DNA of 64,000 bases from assembly GCF_054482525.1 (NCBI RefSeq), contig NZ_CM137006.1; one strand, given 5' to 3'. The translations under genes and the position numbers were made by a program. A model generated the notes under the pieces. It was not told the origin of the DNA. It did not search any database and saw only the letters and a program-made list of their open reading frames with translations. Below, one piece after another: positions 1 through 9,631 of the stretch (position 1 is the first letter of the stretch; every line of letters begins with the position of its first letter).

Positions 1-1309
1 GATATGTCTGTTTTATGGTGCCAGAAAGGGTGGTATCGCGCTGGGTTTATTAGGCGGTATCGGTCTGGTCATTCTGGTCTTCGTCTTCCACCTTCAGCCA
101 GGTAAACCACCGGTTGATGTCATGCTGGTTATCATTGCGGTGGTGGCGGCATCGGCGACCTTGCAAGCTTCGGGCGGTCTTGATGTCATGCTGCAAATTG
201 CCGAGAAGCTGCTGCGCCGTAACCCGAAATATGTCTCAATTGTCGCGCCGTTTGTGACCTGTACGCTGACCATTCTTTGCGGTACGGGTCATGTGGTTTA
301 CACCATTCTGCCGATCATCTACGACGTTGCTATTAAGAACAACATCCGTCCGGAACGTCCAATGGCGGCAAGTTCTATCGGTGCACAGATGGGGATTATC
401 GCCAGTCCGGTGTCGGTTGCGGTCGTATCTCTGGTTGCGATGCTGGGTAATGTCACCTTTGATGGTCGCCATCTTGAGTTCCTCGACCTGCTGGCAATCA
501 CCATTCCATCGACGTTAATCGGTATCCTGGCGATCGGTATCTTCAGCTGGTTCCGCGGTAAAGATCTGGATAAAGACGAAGAGTTCCAGAAATTCATCTC
601 CGTACCGGAAAACCGTGAGTATGTTTACGGTGATACCGCGACGCTGCTGGATAAAAAACTGCCGAAAAGCAACTGGCTGGCAATGTGGATCTTCCTCGGG
701 GCAATCGCTGTAGTCGCCCTTCTTGGTGCTGATTCGGACCTGCGTCCATCCTTCGGTGGCAAACCGCTGTCGATGGTACTGGTTATTCAGATGTTTATGC
801 TGCTGACCGGGGCGCTGATTATTATCCTGACCAAAACCAATCCCGCGTCTATCTCAAAAAACGAAGTCTTCCGTTCCGGTATGATCGCCATCGTGGCGGT
901 GTACGGTATCGCATGGATGGCAGAAACCATGTTCGGTGCGCATATGTCTGAAATTCAGGGCGTACTGGGTGAAATGGTGAAAGAGTATCCGTGGGCCTAT
1001 GCCATTGTTCTGCTGCTGGTTTCCAAGTTTGTAAACTCTCAGGCTGCGGCGCTGGCGGCGATTGTTCCGGTCGCGCTGGCGATCGGCGTTGATCCGGCAT
1101 ACATCGTGGCTTCAGCACCGGCTTGCTACGGTTATTACATCCTGCCGACTTATCCGAGCGATCTGGCAGCGATTCAGTTTGACCGTTCCGGCACCACCCA
1201 CATCGGTCGCTTCGTCATCAACCACAGCTTTATTCTGCCGGGGTTGATTGGTGTGAGCGTATCGTGCGTCTTCGGCTGGATCTTCGCCGCGATGTACGGG
1301 TTCTTATAA
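1..1309 (+). CDS. dcuB: Anaerobic C4-dicarboxylate transporter DcuB, 5-prime partial (continues upstream of window)
   Basis: Reading frame is open from base 2; translation matches DcuB (…[21 protein letters not shown]…LLRRNPKY…); immediately upstream of fumB as in E. coli. Confidence 0.9.
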
Positions 1310-1318
1310 ATGCACTTT

Positions 1319-1354
1319 GCGTGCCGCCCGTGACTACGCGGCACGCCATTTTCG
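1319..1354 (+). terminator. GC-rich hairpin (gcgtgccgc…gcggcacgc) after dcuB stop, weak T-tract
   Basis: Inverted repeat read directly from sequence; T-run is short so termination efficiency uncertain. Confidence 0.35.
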
Positions 1355-1386
1355 AATAACAAATACAGAGTTACAGGCTGGAAGCT

Positions 1387-3033
1387 ATGTCAAACAAACC
1401 CTTTATCTACCAGGCACCTTTCCCGATGGGGAAAGACAATACCGAATACTATCTACTCACTTCCGATTACGTTAGCGTTGCCGACTTCGACGGTGAAACC
1501 ATCCTGAAAGTGGAACCAGAAGCCCTGACCCTGCTGGCGCAGCAAGCCTTTCACGACGCTTCTTTCATGCTCCGCCCGGCACACCAGAAACAGGTTGCGG
1601 CTATTCTTCACGATCCAGAAGCCAGCGAAAACGACAAGTACGTGGCGCTGCAATTCTTAAGAAACTCCGAAATCGCCGCCAAAGGCGTGCTGCCGACCTG
1701 CCAGGATACCGGCACCGCGATCATCGTCGGTAAAAAAGGCCAGCGCGTGTGGACCGGCGGCGGTGATGAAGAAGCGCTGTCGAAAGGCGTCTATAACACC
1801 TATATCGAAGATAACCTGCGCTATTCACAGAATGCGGCGCTGGACATGTACAAAGAGGTCAACACCGGCACTAACCTGCCTGCGCAAATCGACCTGTACG
1901 CGGTAGATGGCGATGAGTACAAATTCCTTTGCGTTGCGAAAGGCGGCGGCTCTGCCAACAAAACGTATCTCTACCAGGAAACCAAAGCCCTGCTGACTCC
2001 CGGCAAACTGAAAAACTTCCTCGTTGAGAAAATGCGTACCCTCGGTACGGCAGCCTGCCCGCCGTACCATATCGCGTTTGTGATTGGCGGTACGTCTGCG
2101 GAAACCAACCTGAAAACCGTCAAGTTAGCAAGCGCTCACTATTATGATGAACTGCCGACGGAAGGGAATGAACATGGTCAGGCGTTCCGCGATGTCCAGC
2201 TGGAACAGGAACTGCTGGAAGAGGCCCAGAAACTCGGTCTTGGCGCGCAGTTTGGCGGTAAATACTTCGCACACGACATTCGCGTTATCCGTCTGCCACG
2301 TCACGGCGCATCCTGTCCGGTAGGCATGGGCGTCTCCTGCTCCGCTGACCGTAACATTAAAGCGAAAATCAACCGCGAAGGTATCTGGATCGAAAAACTG
2401 GAACACAATCCAGGACAGTACATTCCACAAGAACTGCGTCAGGCCGGTGAAGGCGAAGCGGTGAAGGTCGACCTTAACCGCCCGATGAAAGAGATCCTCG
2501 CCCAGCTTTCGCAATATCCGGTTTCCACTCGTTTGTCGCTCACCGGCACCATTATTGTGGGTCGAGATATTGCACACGCCAAGCTGAAAGAGCTGATTGA
2601 CGCCGGTAAAGAACTGCCGCAGTACATCAAAGATCACCCGATCTACTACGCGGGTCCGGCGAAAACGCCTGCCGGTTATCCATCAGGTTCACTTGGCCCA
2701 ACCACCGCAGGTCGTATGGACTCCTACGTGGATCTGCTGCAATCCCACGGCGGCAGCATGATCATGCTGGCGAAAGGTAACCGCAGTCAGCAGGTTACCG
2801 ACGCGTGTCATAAACACGGCGGCTTCTACCTCGGTAGTATCGGCGGTCCGGCGGCGGTACTGGCGCAGCAGAGCATCAAGCATCTGGAATGCGTCGCTTA
2901 TCCGGAGCTGGGTATGGAAGCTATCTGGAAAATCGAAGTAGAAGATTTCCCGGCGTTTATCCTAGTCGATGACAAAGGCAACGACTTCTTCCAGCAAATC
3001 GTCAACAAACAGTGCGCGAACTGCACTAAGTAA
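1387..3033 (+). CDS. fumB: Fumarate hydratase class I, anaerobic (FumB), 548 aa
   Basis: Full-length ORF; translation recognisable as class I Fe-S fumarase; synteny with dcuB. Confidence 0.93.
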   Translation: MSNKPFIYQAPFPMGKDNTEYYLLTSDYVSVADFDGETILKVEPEALTLLAQQAFHDASFMLRPAHQKQVAAILHDPEASENDKYVALQFLRNSEIAAKGVLPTCQDTGTAIIVGKKGQRVWTGGGDEEALSKGVYNTYIEDNLRYSQNAALDMYKEVNTGTNLPAQIDLYAVDGDEYKFLCVAKGGGSANKTYLYQETKALLTPGKLKNFLVEKMRTLGTAACPPYHIAFVIGGTSAETNLKTVKLASAHYYDELPTEGNEHGQAFRDVQLEQELLEEAQKLGLGAQFGGKYFAHDIRVIRLPRHGASCPVGMGVSCSADRNIKAKINREGIWIEKLEHNPGQYIPQELRQAGEGEAVKVDLNRPMKEILAQLSQYPVSTRLSLTGTIIVGRDIAHAKLKELIDAGKELPQYIKDHPIYYAGPAKTPAGYPSGSLGPTTAGRMDSYVDLLQSHGGSMIMLAKGNRSQQVTDACHKHGGFYLGSIGGPAAVLAQQSIKHLECVAYPELGMEAIWKIEVEDFPAFILVDDKGNDFFQQIVNKQCANCTK

Positions 3034-3155
3034 CCTCTTCGGCCCAGCGCCTGGCAGCATGCTGCCAGGTGATCCCCCTGGGCCACCTCTTTTGCGATTG
3101 TAATTTCACGCTTGCTGGTGAATAGTCAGTATTTTCCCTGACTTGCGAACTCACC

Positions 3156-3785
3156 ATGACCCGCACACTCAAGCCGTTAATTCTTAACACCGGCGCACTG
3201 GCGCTAACATTAATCCTGATTTATACCGGCATTTCGGCCCATGACAAACTCACCTGGCTGATGGAAGTGACACCGGTGATTATTGTCGTGCCGCTACTGC
3301 TTGCCACCGCTAAACGTTATCCGTTAACGCCGCTGCTCTATACGCTCATTTTCTTTCACGCCATCATCCTGATGGTCGGCGGGCAATACACCTACGCGAA
3401 AGTCCCCGTTGGTTTTGAGGTGCAGGAATGGCTGGGGTTGAGCCGTAATCCGTATGACAAGCTGGGGCATTTTTTCCAGGGGCTGGTGCCTGCACTGGTG
3501 GCACGAGAGATCCTTGTGCGCGGGATGTACGTTCGCGGACGTAAAATGGTGGCGTTTCTGGTCTGCTGCGTGGCGCTGGCGATAAGCGCGATGTATGAAT
3601 TAATCGAGTGGTGGGCGGCGCTGGCAATGGGCCAGGGAGCGGATGATTTTCTCGGCACCCAGGGCGACCAGTGGGACACGCAATCCGATATGTTCTGCGC
3701 GCTGCTTGGCGCATTAACGACGGTGATATTCCTCGCTCGCTTTCATTGCCGCCAGCTACGGCGCTTTGGCTTGATAACCGGATAA
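3156..3785 (+). CDS. yjdF: Inner membrane protein YjdF, 209 aa
   Basis: ORF with multiple hydrophobic segments; position between fumB and melB. Confidence 0.8.
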   Translation: MTRTLKPLILNTGALALTLILIYTGISAHDKLTWLMEVTPVIIVVPLLLATAKRYPLTPLLYTLIFFHAIILMVGGQYTYAKVPVGFEVQEWLGLSRNPYDKLGHFFQGLVPALVAREILVRGMYVRGRKMVAFLVCCVALAISAMYELIEWWAALAMGQGADDFLGTQGDQWDTQSDMFCALLGALTTVIFLARFHCRQLRRFGLITG

Positions 3786-3799
3786 CAACGTGCGCTTTG

Positions 3800-3900
3800 T
3801 TGATGCCGGATGCGGCGTGAATTCCTTATCCGGTCTACAAAATTTGCAAATCCAAAGCATTACATTAAGACGTGGCCTGATAAACATATCGCATCAGGCC
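3800..3900. repeat. REP/BIME palindromic units (gccggatgcggcgtgaattccttatccgg; ggcctgataaacatatcgcatcaggcc)
   Basis: Characteristic REP motifs in yjdF-melB intergenic region. Confidence 0.75.
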
Positions 3901-3923
3901 ATTTTCGTTAGCTATTGTCCACG

Positions 3924-5345
3924 TCAGGCTTTCACATCACTCACTGCACCGACCGGAATATCAGCATGAACAGGCTCGGGCGGTACTTTGCGATATTTAT
4001 CCAGCAGATGGATCTGGATCCTGCGCAGCGTGTCACCATTGAGGCGATAGAAACGGAAGTAGAGAATCAGCGTTACCATGAAAAACAGAGTCGGTAGAGC
4101 AATCATAATAAACTGCATACCTAATAGGGCTTGCGTAGACTGTTCAACATTCGGTACATAGCCAATCATCCCTAACACAACCGCAATGAAAAAAGCCGCA
4201 AAGGCTGAACCGCCCTTCACCACCATAGTCTGCACGGAGTAAGCGATGCTTTCACAGCGTACGTGCAGTTTATATTCACCGTAATCAACGGTATCTGCCA
4301 CCATGATGACCTGTAATACCCAGAAAAGCGCCGTTCCCACATTCAGCAAGATACCCGCAATCACAATGAGGACGACGTTGTGATAGCTCATTAATGCCAT
4401 TAACAGGAGAACACCACAGCTTAACACCGGAAGAATAGATGCTCCGGCCCATAAAATGCGTCGGGATAATGATTTAACTAAGCGTGGGAAGAATACTAAC
4501 GTCACCAGATTAGCAGCTCCCGCATACGACAGATAATAGGGGAACAAATCCGCATCACCGATAACATATGAGAAATAATAGATAGCAAAGCCGGTAATAA
4601 TATTGCTGGCTACATTATAAGCAAGAGCCATACCCAAGAGGCATGAAAGCTGATCGTTTTTATAAATAAGCGCAACGATGGCTTTAAGTGTCAGATGGCT
4701 TCCTTCAGCAGACGGTTGATTGTCTGACGAAAAGACTTCATGCACATTGCGCAGAGTGATGATGGTTGAAACAATAAAAAAGGCGATCAGTACCAGAGTG
4801 AACATCTGAAAGCCAAATCCCCGATCGCCACCGCCGACATAATTAACAAATGGTAGCGTCACACCTGCCGTAACAAAGCCCGCCAGACTGGCAAAAAAAC
4901 GCGGATAAGGAACCAGTTGTTCGCGCTCACGTTTATCGAGCGTTATGGTTGGAACCAGCGACCAGAAGGGAATATCCATAATGGTGTAAGTCATGCCCCA
5001 GAGGATGTAGGTCACGCAAACAAAGACAATCTGAGTAGTACCTTCAAACAGATGCGCACTAAAGAGGAGAAATAAGATTACAGAGTTTGCCAACGTACCG
5101 ATCAGGATCCAGGGTTTGAACTTACCCCATCGCGATCGCGTAGCATTTACAATCCATCCCATAATCGGATCGTTAATAGCATCCCAGATCCTCGCCACCA
5201 GAAACAAAGTACCGACCAAACCCACAGACAGCCCGACGACATCGGTGTAGTAATACATGAGGTACATATACACAATGCCGATCGCAAAATCCTTCCCGAA
5301 CGCTCCAAATCCATAACTGAGTTTTGTAGTCATTGAAATGCTCAT
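3924..5345 (-). CDS. melB: Melibiose:cation symporter MelB, 473 aa
   Basis: Translation begins [20 protein letters not shown]…; start chosen at the second in-frame ATG of the listed ORF to match MelB length. Confidence 0.92.
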   Translation of the reverse strand: MSISMTTKLSYGFGAFGKDFAIGIVYMYLMYYYTDVVGLSVGLVGTLFLVARIWDAINDPIMGWIVNATRSRWGKFKPWILIGTLANSVILFLLFSAHLFEGTTQIVFVCVTYILWGMTYTIMDIPFWSLVPTITLDKREREQLVPYPRFFASLAGFVTAGVTLPFVNYVGGGDRGFGFQMFTLVLIAFFIVSTIITLRNVHEVFSSDNQPSAEGSHLTLKAIVALIYKNDQLSCLLGMALAYNVASNIITGFAIYYFSYVIGDADLFPYYLSYAGAANLVTLVFFPRLVKSLSRRILWAGASILPVLSCGVLLLMALMSYHNVVLIVIAGILLNVGTALFWVLQVIMVADTVDYGEYKLHVRCESIAYSVQTMVVKGGSAFAAFFIAVVLGMIGYVPNVEQSTQALLGMQFIMIALPTLFFMVTLILYFRFYRLNGDTLRRIQIHLLDKYRKVPPEPVHADIPVGAVSDVKA

Positions 5346-5447
5346 AGGGTATCGGGTCGCTGTTACCAACGCCCGCCTTCTGTTATTGGTATCGTCAGAG
5401 GTGTGCGCCGGAATAAATCCCCCGGCGCAGTAGCGTTTAGTCGCGTT

Positions 5448-6803
5448 TTAACGGTGCAACCAGCCTGGTAGCCAGTCGCCGTGGGCGGCAATCAGGTCGT
5501 CAACAAGAGCATATATTTCGTCAATGCCCAGCACGGCGGCAGTATGCGGGTCCATCATCGCGGCGTGGTAAACACGGTCGCGATTTTCCGTAAGAATGGC
5601 TTCGGTCAGCAGCGTCTGTACGTTGATGTTGGTTTGCATCAGAGCGGCCAGATGCGAAGGTAGCGTACCGACTTTGGTCGGCTGAATGCCATTAGCATCA
5701 ACCAGACAGGCCACTTCCACACAACATCCTTGTGGCAGGTTATCAATCAATCCATCGTTACGGACGTTGCCGTAAATCACACTCGGCTCGCCAGTCCAGA
5801 TAGCGTTCATGATTGTGCTGGCATATTCCCGTGACGGTTTAATATCAATCCGAGAGGCGTTCTTATACTCCTCCAGCTCTTTATGCCAGTTCGCCAGCTG
5901 CTCGACGCAGCGTTTCGGGTACTCATCCAGCGGTACTTTATAACGCTCAATCAAATCCTCACGACCTGGCTTAATAAACCACGGTGTGTACTCAGCAAAA
6001 TGTTCTGACGATTCCGTGACGAAGTAGCCCAGCTTTTTGAACATTTCATAGCGCACAATATTCTGGCAGCGAGTATTGCCATGAATATTCGGCTTCGGTG
6101 CCTGCCCTGCTTCATAAGCCGCCAGCAGTTCCGGGTAGAGATTCACGTAACTGCCGTCGGCGGTTTTGCGCTCCAGTTCCAGGTAAAACGCCATATGGTT
6201 GATACCTGCGCAACGGTAACGCAGCGTAGCCGGGTCGATATTGAGGTCACGCGCCAGCTCTTCCGCCGTTCCCTGCACCGAATGGCACAGCCCTACCTGT
6301 TTGATATGCGGATAGCGGGCATACATCGCCCAGGTATTCATCGCCATTGGGTTAACGTAGTTGAGCATAGTGGCATCGGGGCAAACTTCCGTCATGTCCT
6401 CGCAAATTTGCCACAGGTGCGGAATGGTACGTAGCGCGCGCATAATACCGCCCGGCCCCAACGTATCGGCAATGGTTTGTTCCAGACCATGCCGCTTACA
6501 GACCTCGAAATCAGTCACCGTGCAAGGTTCATAACCGCCAATCTGAAATGCCACCACGACAAAATCGGCATCCTGTAAGGCTTCTTTCTGTTGGATGTGG
6601 CAGGTGATTTTGCCGCTGGCCCCTGCTGAATCCATCAGCTTGCGCACCACAATATGCGACTCTTCCAGGCGGGTGGGATCAATGTCCATCAGGGCAATAT
6701 GCGCCGTTTTCAGCGCCTCGCGATGGAACACATCACCAAGAATATTTTTAACGAAAATCGTCGAACCAGCGCCGATAAATGTAATTTTGGGTGCAGACAT
6801 CAT
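5448..6803 (-). CDS. melA: Alpha-galactosidase MelA (NAD/Mn-dependent family 4 glycosidase), 451 aa
   Basis: Full ORF; N-terminal Rossmann motif (KITFIGAGST); upstream of melB in same orientation. Confidence 0.93.
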   Translation of the reverse strand: MMSAPKITFIGAGSTIFVKNILGDVFHREALKTAHIALMDIDPTRLEESHIVVRKLMDSAGASGKITCHIQQKEALQDADFVVVAFQIGGYEPCTVTDFEVCKRHGLEQTIADTLGPGGIMRALRTIPHLWQICEDMTEVCPDATMLNYVNPMAMNTWAMYARYPHIKQVGLCHSVQGTAEELARDLNIDPATLRYRCAGINHMAFYLELERKTADGSYVNLYPELLAAYEAGQAPKPNIHGNTRCQNIVRYEMFKKLGYFVTESSEHFAEYTPWFIKPGREDLIERYKVPLDEYPKRCVEQLANWHKELEEYKNASRIDIKPSREYASTIMNAIWTGEPSVIYGNVRNDGLIDNLPQGCCVEVACLVDANGIQPTKVGTLPSHLAALMQTNINVQTLLTEAILTENRDRVYHAAMMDPHTAAVLGIDEIYALVDDLIAAHGDWLPGWLHR

Positions 6804-6880
6804 GCAGATCTCCTGGCTTGCTTGAATAACTTCATCATGGCAGGCGAATCTGCAGAAAACCTCCGGCTTCCAGGTTGAGC

Positions 6881-6936
6881 ATTCCCATAAACTCAGATCC
6901 TACGTGAAGCATCAATAAATCTGAGTTTATGGGAAT
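6881..6936. promoter_or_regulatory. melAB promoter operator region: perfect inverted repeat attcccataaactcagat / atctgagtttatgggaat separated by 20 bp (probable MelR sites)
   Basis: Palindrome read from sequence, located in melA-melR divergent intergenic region; assignment to MelR by established knowledge of melAB regulation. Confidence 0.55.
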
Positions 6937-7663
6937 AAATTACCTGAAAAGCAGAGTTTTCGGCCTCAGAATGCTCGGATGGTCCCCTCGCCTCTCTGGG
7001 AAGAGAGTGAAAACCGTGCTCCCACTCGCAGTCATCTTCCTGCACTCCTGCCATAATTCTGATATTCCAGGAAAGAGAGCCATCCATGAATACAGATACG
7101 TTTATGTGCAGCAGCGACGAAAAACAGACCCGCAGCCCGCTGTCGCTGTATTCGGAATACCAGCGGATGGAGATTGAGTTTCGCGCACCGCATATCATGC
7201 CCACCAGCCACTGGCATGGTCAGGTCGAAGTGAATGTGCCTTTCGATGGCGATGTGGAATACCTGATCAACAATGAAAAAGTGAGTATCAATCAGGGACA
7301 TATCACGCTGTTCTGGGCCTGTACACCGCACCAACTAACAGATACCGGAACCTGTCAGAGCATGGCGATTTTTAATCTGCCGATGCATCTGTTTCTCTCC
7401 TGGCCGCTGGATAAAGACCTGATTAACCACGTCACTCACGGCATGGTGATCAAATCACTGGCGACACAGCAACTTAGCCCGTTTGAAGTGCGCCGCTGGC
7501 AGCAGGAATTGAACAGTCCGAACGAGCAAATTCGCCAGCTCGCCATTGATGAAATTGGCCTGATGCTCAAGCGATTTAGCCTCTCTGGCTGGGAACCGAT
7601 TCTGGTCAATAAAACCTCGCGCACACACAAAAACAGCGTCTCGCGCCATGCGCAATTTTATGT

Positions 7664-7676
7664 CAGCCAGATGCTG
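7664..7676. repeat. Left copy of 13 bp target-site duplication (cagccagatgctg) of IS4
   Basis: Identical 13-mer found at 9103..9115 directly abutting the other IS4 end. Confidence 0.85.
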
Positions 7677-9102
7677 TAATGCCAGTCAGTTAAGCAACTG
7701 ACTGGCTCTTTTTCGGGGCTGTGGGGTATTTCCAGGGCCTCTCCTTTACCACTCTCGGGAAGGCCCTTTCCCTTCTTGTCGGTAATTTCACAAGTTGTCC
7801 CATACTTGCAAGATCGCGCATCAGCTCCGGTATACGTCCCGGTGAAGCGCCCTGCAATGTCATCAGCATTCTCATCACCATTCCGCATGATTCTGAGAAA
7901 CTCAGTTGATTCGGCCAGTAACCTTTCAGATGTTCCGCCATTTTAATCATCTGATATCTCACCAGATTATAAGCCAGTAAGACACCCCACAGCTCTTGCT
8001 CCACAAGCTCCGGTTTTTTACTTCTCAGCGTCAGCCTGCTCAGTTGCATCGTCTGTTTTATCTCCCTGTATCCCAGTTCGATTTCCCAGCGATGACTGTA
8101 CAGATCCGCCATTTCTCCTCCGGGGAAGCGCATGGCGTCCGTCATCGACGTCAGCAGATGGCAGACTTTTCCTTTGCGCGTCACGGTCAGCAGGCGGGCT
8201 GTCACTTCATTTCCCAGTCCCGGCCACTTTTTTCGTGCCTGCGGGCTGGTTTTCAGCTTCACCAGATGATCGCCTTTACCCAGTTTTCTGATCTCTTCAT
8301 ATTGCGCTCCCTTTCTGAGAGGTATCATCCAGTGGCGGTGTTCTCCCGCCAGGCTCCAGGCATTTAACAGTCCCAGTGAGTAATAACCTTTATCCATTAA
8401 CGTCAGAGTGTTATCGCCGGTTTGTTCTATAAGTTGCTCAGCAAGCTCATTTTCGCTGTTCTTCATCGTGCCGAAGGCTGCAGCCGTCAGCAGATGGCTG
8501 GTCAGTTCCATCTGGCAGACCATTTTGACCTGCGGGTAGAGCGCCGGGTTCCCGGCATGTGTCTGGCGGGGGAAGGCTGCATCGTTCTCTAGTGTATCCG
8601 GTGTGCGCCAGAACACACCATCGATGGCCAGCAGGGTCAGGCCGCACCAGTGCGGATGCGGCGTGGCGTTATGCCAGAGCTGCGCTGTTTTCGTGAACAC
8701 GCGGCGGACAGCCTCACTTCCCAGGCGCTGGCGGGCCTGAATAACGGCACTGGGGGCAACGAAGGGGCGATTGCCCGGCAGCATGATGTCCAGGCGATTC
8801 ACAATCTGGTGAAGAGGTTCTTTACGCTCAAGCGCCATGCCAACAATACACCAGACCATCATTTCGAGGGGAAGACGGCGCTTGCGTAGCGTTACAGTAC
8901 CTGATTCGGCAAGGCAACGAGAGATGAGTTCGGGGTCGAGGTAATCCCCCAGAGAAGTCAGTGGGTTACGCAGAGAATCGTAACGGGATACCAGATCAAG
9001 AGCCTGTCCAATGTGCATAAAAAAATCCGGAAACAAGTGAGCGTTTCCGGATTCTTACACAGCCACTGGATCGGTCAACTGATCCTTAACTGATCGGCAT
9101 TA
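7677..9102 (-). mobile_element. IS4 insertion sequence, complete (1426 bp) with imperfect terminal inverted repeats (taatgcc…/…ggcatta)
   Basis: Length and terminal repeats; internal transposase ORF; flanked by 13 bp direct repeat cagccagatgctg. Confidence 0.9.
7690..9018 (-). CDS. insG: IS4 transposase (InsG-like, DDE family), about 442 aa
   Basis: ORF inside IS4; translation matches IS4 transposase; start placed at MHIGQALD… (listed ORF begins 6 codons earlier). Confidence 0.85.
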   Translation of the reverse strand: MHIGQALDLVSRYDSLRNPLTSLGDYLDPELISRCLAESGTVTLRKRRLPLEMMVWCIVGMALERKEPLHQIVNRLDIMLPGNRPFVAPSAVIQARQRLGSEAVRRVFTKTAQLWHNATPHPHWCGLTLLAIDGVFWRTPDTLENDAAFPRQTHAGNPALYPQVKMVCQMELTSHLLTAAAFGTMKNSENELAEQLIEQTGDNTLTLMDKGYYSLGLLNAWSLAGEHRHWMIPLRKGAQYEEIRKLGKGDHLVKLKTSPQARKKWPGLGNEVTARLLTVTRKGKVCHLLTSMTDAMRFPGGEMADLYSHRWEIELGYREIKQTMQLSRLTLRSKKPELVEQELWGVLLAYNLVRYQMIKMAEHLKGYWPNQLSFSESCGMVMRMLMTLQGASPGRIPELMRDLASMGQLVKLPTRRERAFPRVVKERPWKYPTAPKKSQSVA

Positions 9103-9115
9103 CAGCCAGATGCTG
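9103..9115. repeat. Right copy of 13 bp target-site duplication of IS4
   Basis: Identical to 7664..7676. Confidence 0.85.
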
Positions 9116-9631
9116 GGCTTTATTGCCGAAAACTATGATCAGGCGCTGACCATCAACGATGTGGCTGAGCACGTCAAACTTAACGCCAACTATGCAATGG
9201 GGATATTCCAGCGGGTCATGCAATTGACGATGAAACAGTACATTACCGCGATGCGCATCAACCACGTTCGCGCGTTACTGAGCGATACCGATAAAAGTAT
9301 TCTCGATATTGCCCTGACGGCAGGCTTTCGTTCGAGTAGCCGTTTTTACAGCACGTTCGGCAAATATGTCGGCATGTCACCGCAACAATACCGCAAACTT
9401 AGCCAACAGCGCCGCCAGACGTTTCCCGGCTAAAGACGATATCAGTATCAGCCAAAAAAATAGTTTAGCCGTCGATAATAAGCAGTGAAAATAATTTAAA
9501 ATAATCACATAACATATTGTTTATAAAAACAAATATTTCAAAAATGTTTGTTTTTCACGCGCTTTACAGCCCGAAAAGGCCGGAAGATACTTGCCCGCAA
9601 CGAAGATTCCTTCATAACCGGGTAAGCAATG

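Larger units (their letters stand above)
7086..9433 (+). pseudogene. melR: melR (AraC-family melibiose operon activator) interrupted by IS4: N-terminal 197-codon fragment 7086..7679, C-terminal HTH fragment 9110..9433
   Basis: N-fragment ORF ends in stop supplied by IS4 end; downstream ORF (MLGFIAENYDQALTINDVAEHV…) is the AraC-type HTH domain in the same frame once IS4 plus one target-duplication copy is removed. Confidence 0.85.

Noticed and set aside
7996-8367. 123 aa plus-strand ORF inside IS4
   Set aside because: Antisense to the IS4 transposase; IS4 is known to encode a single transposase.
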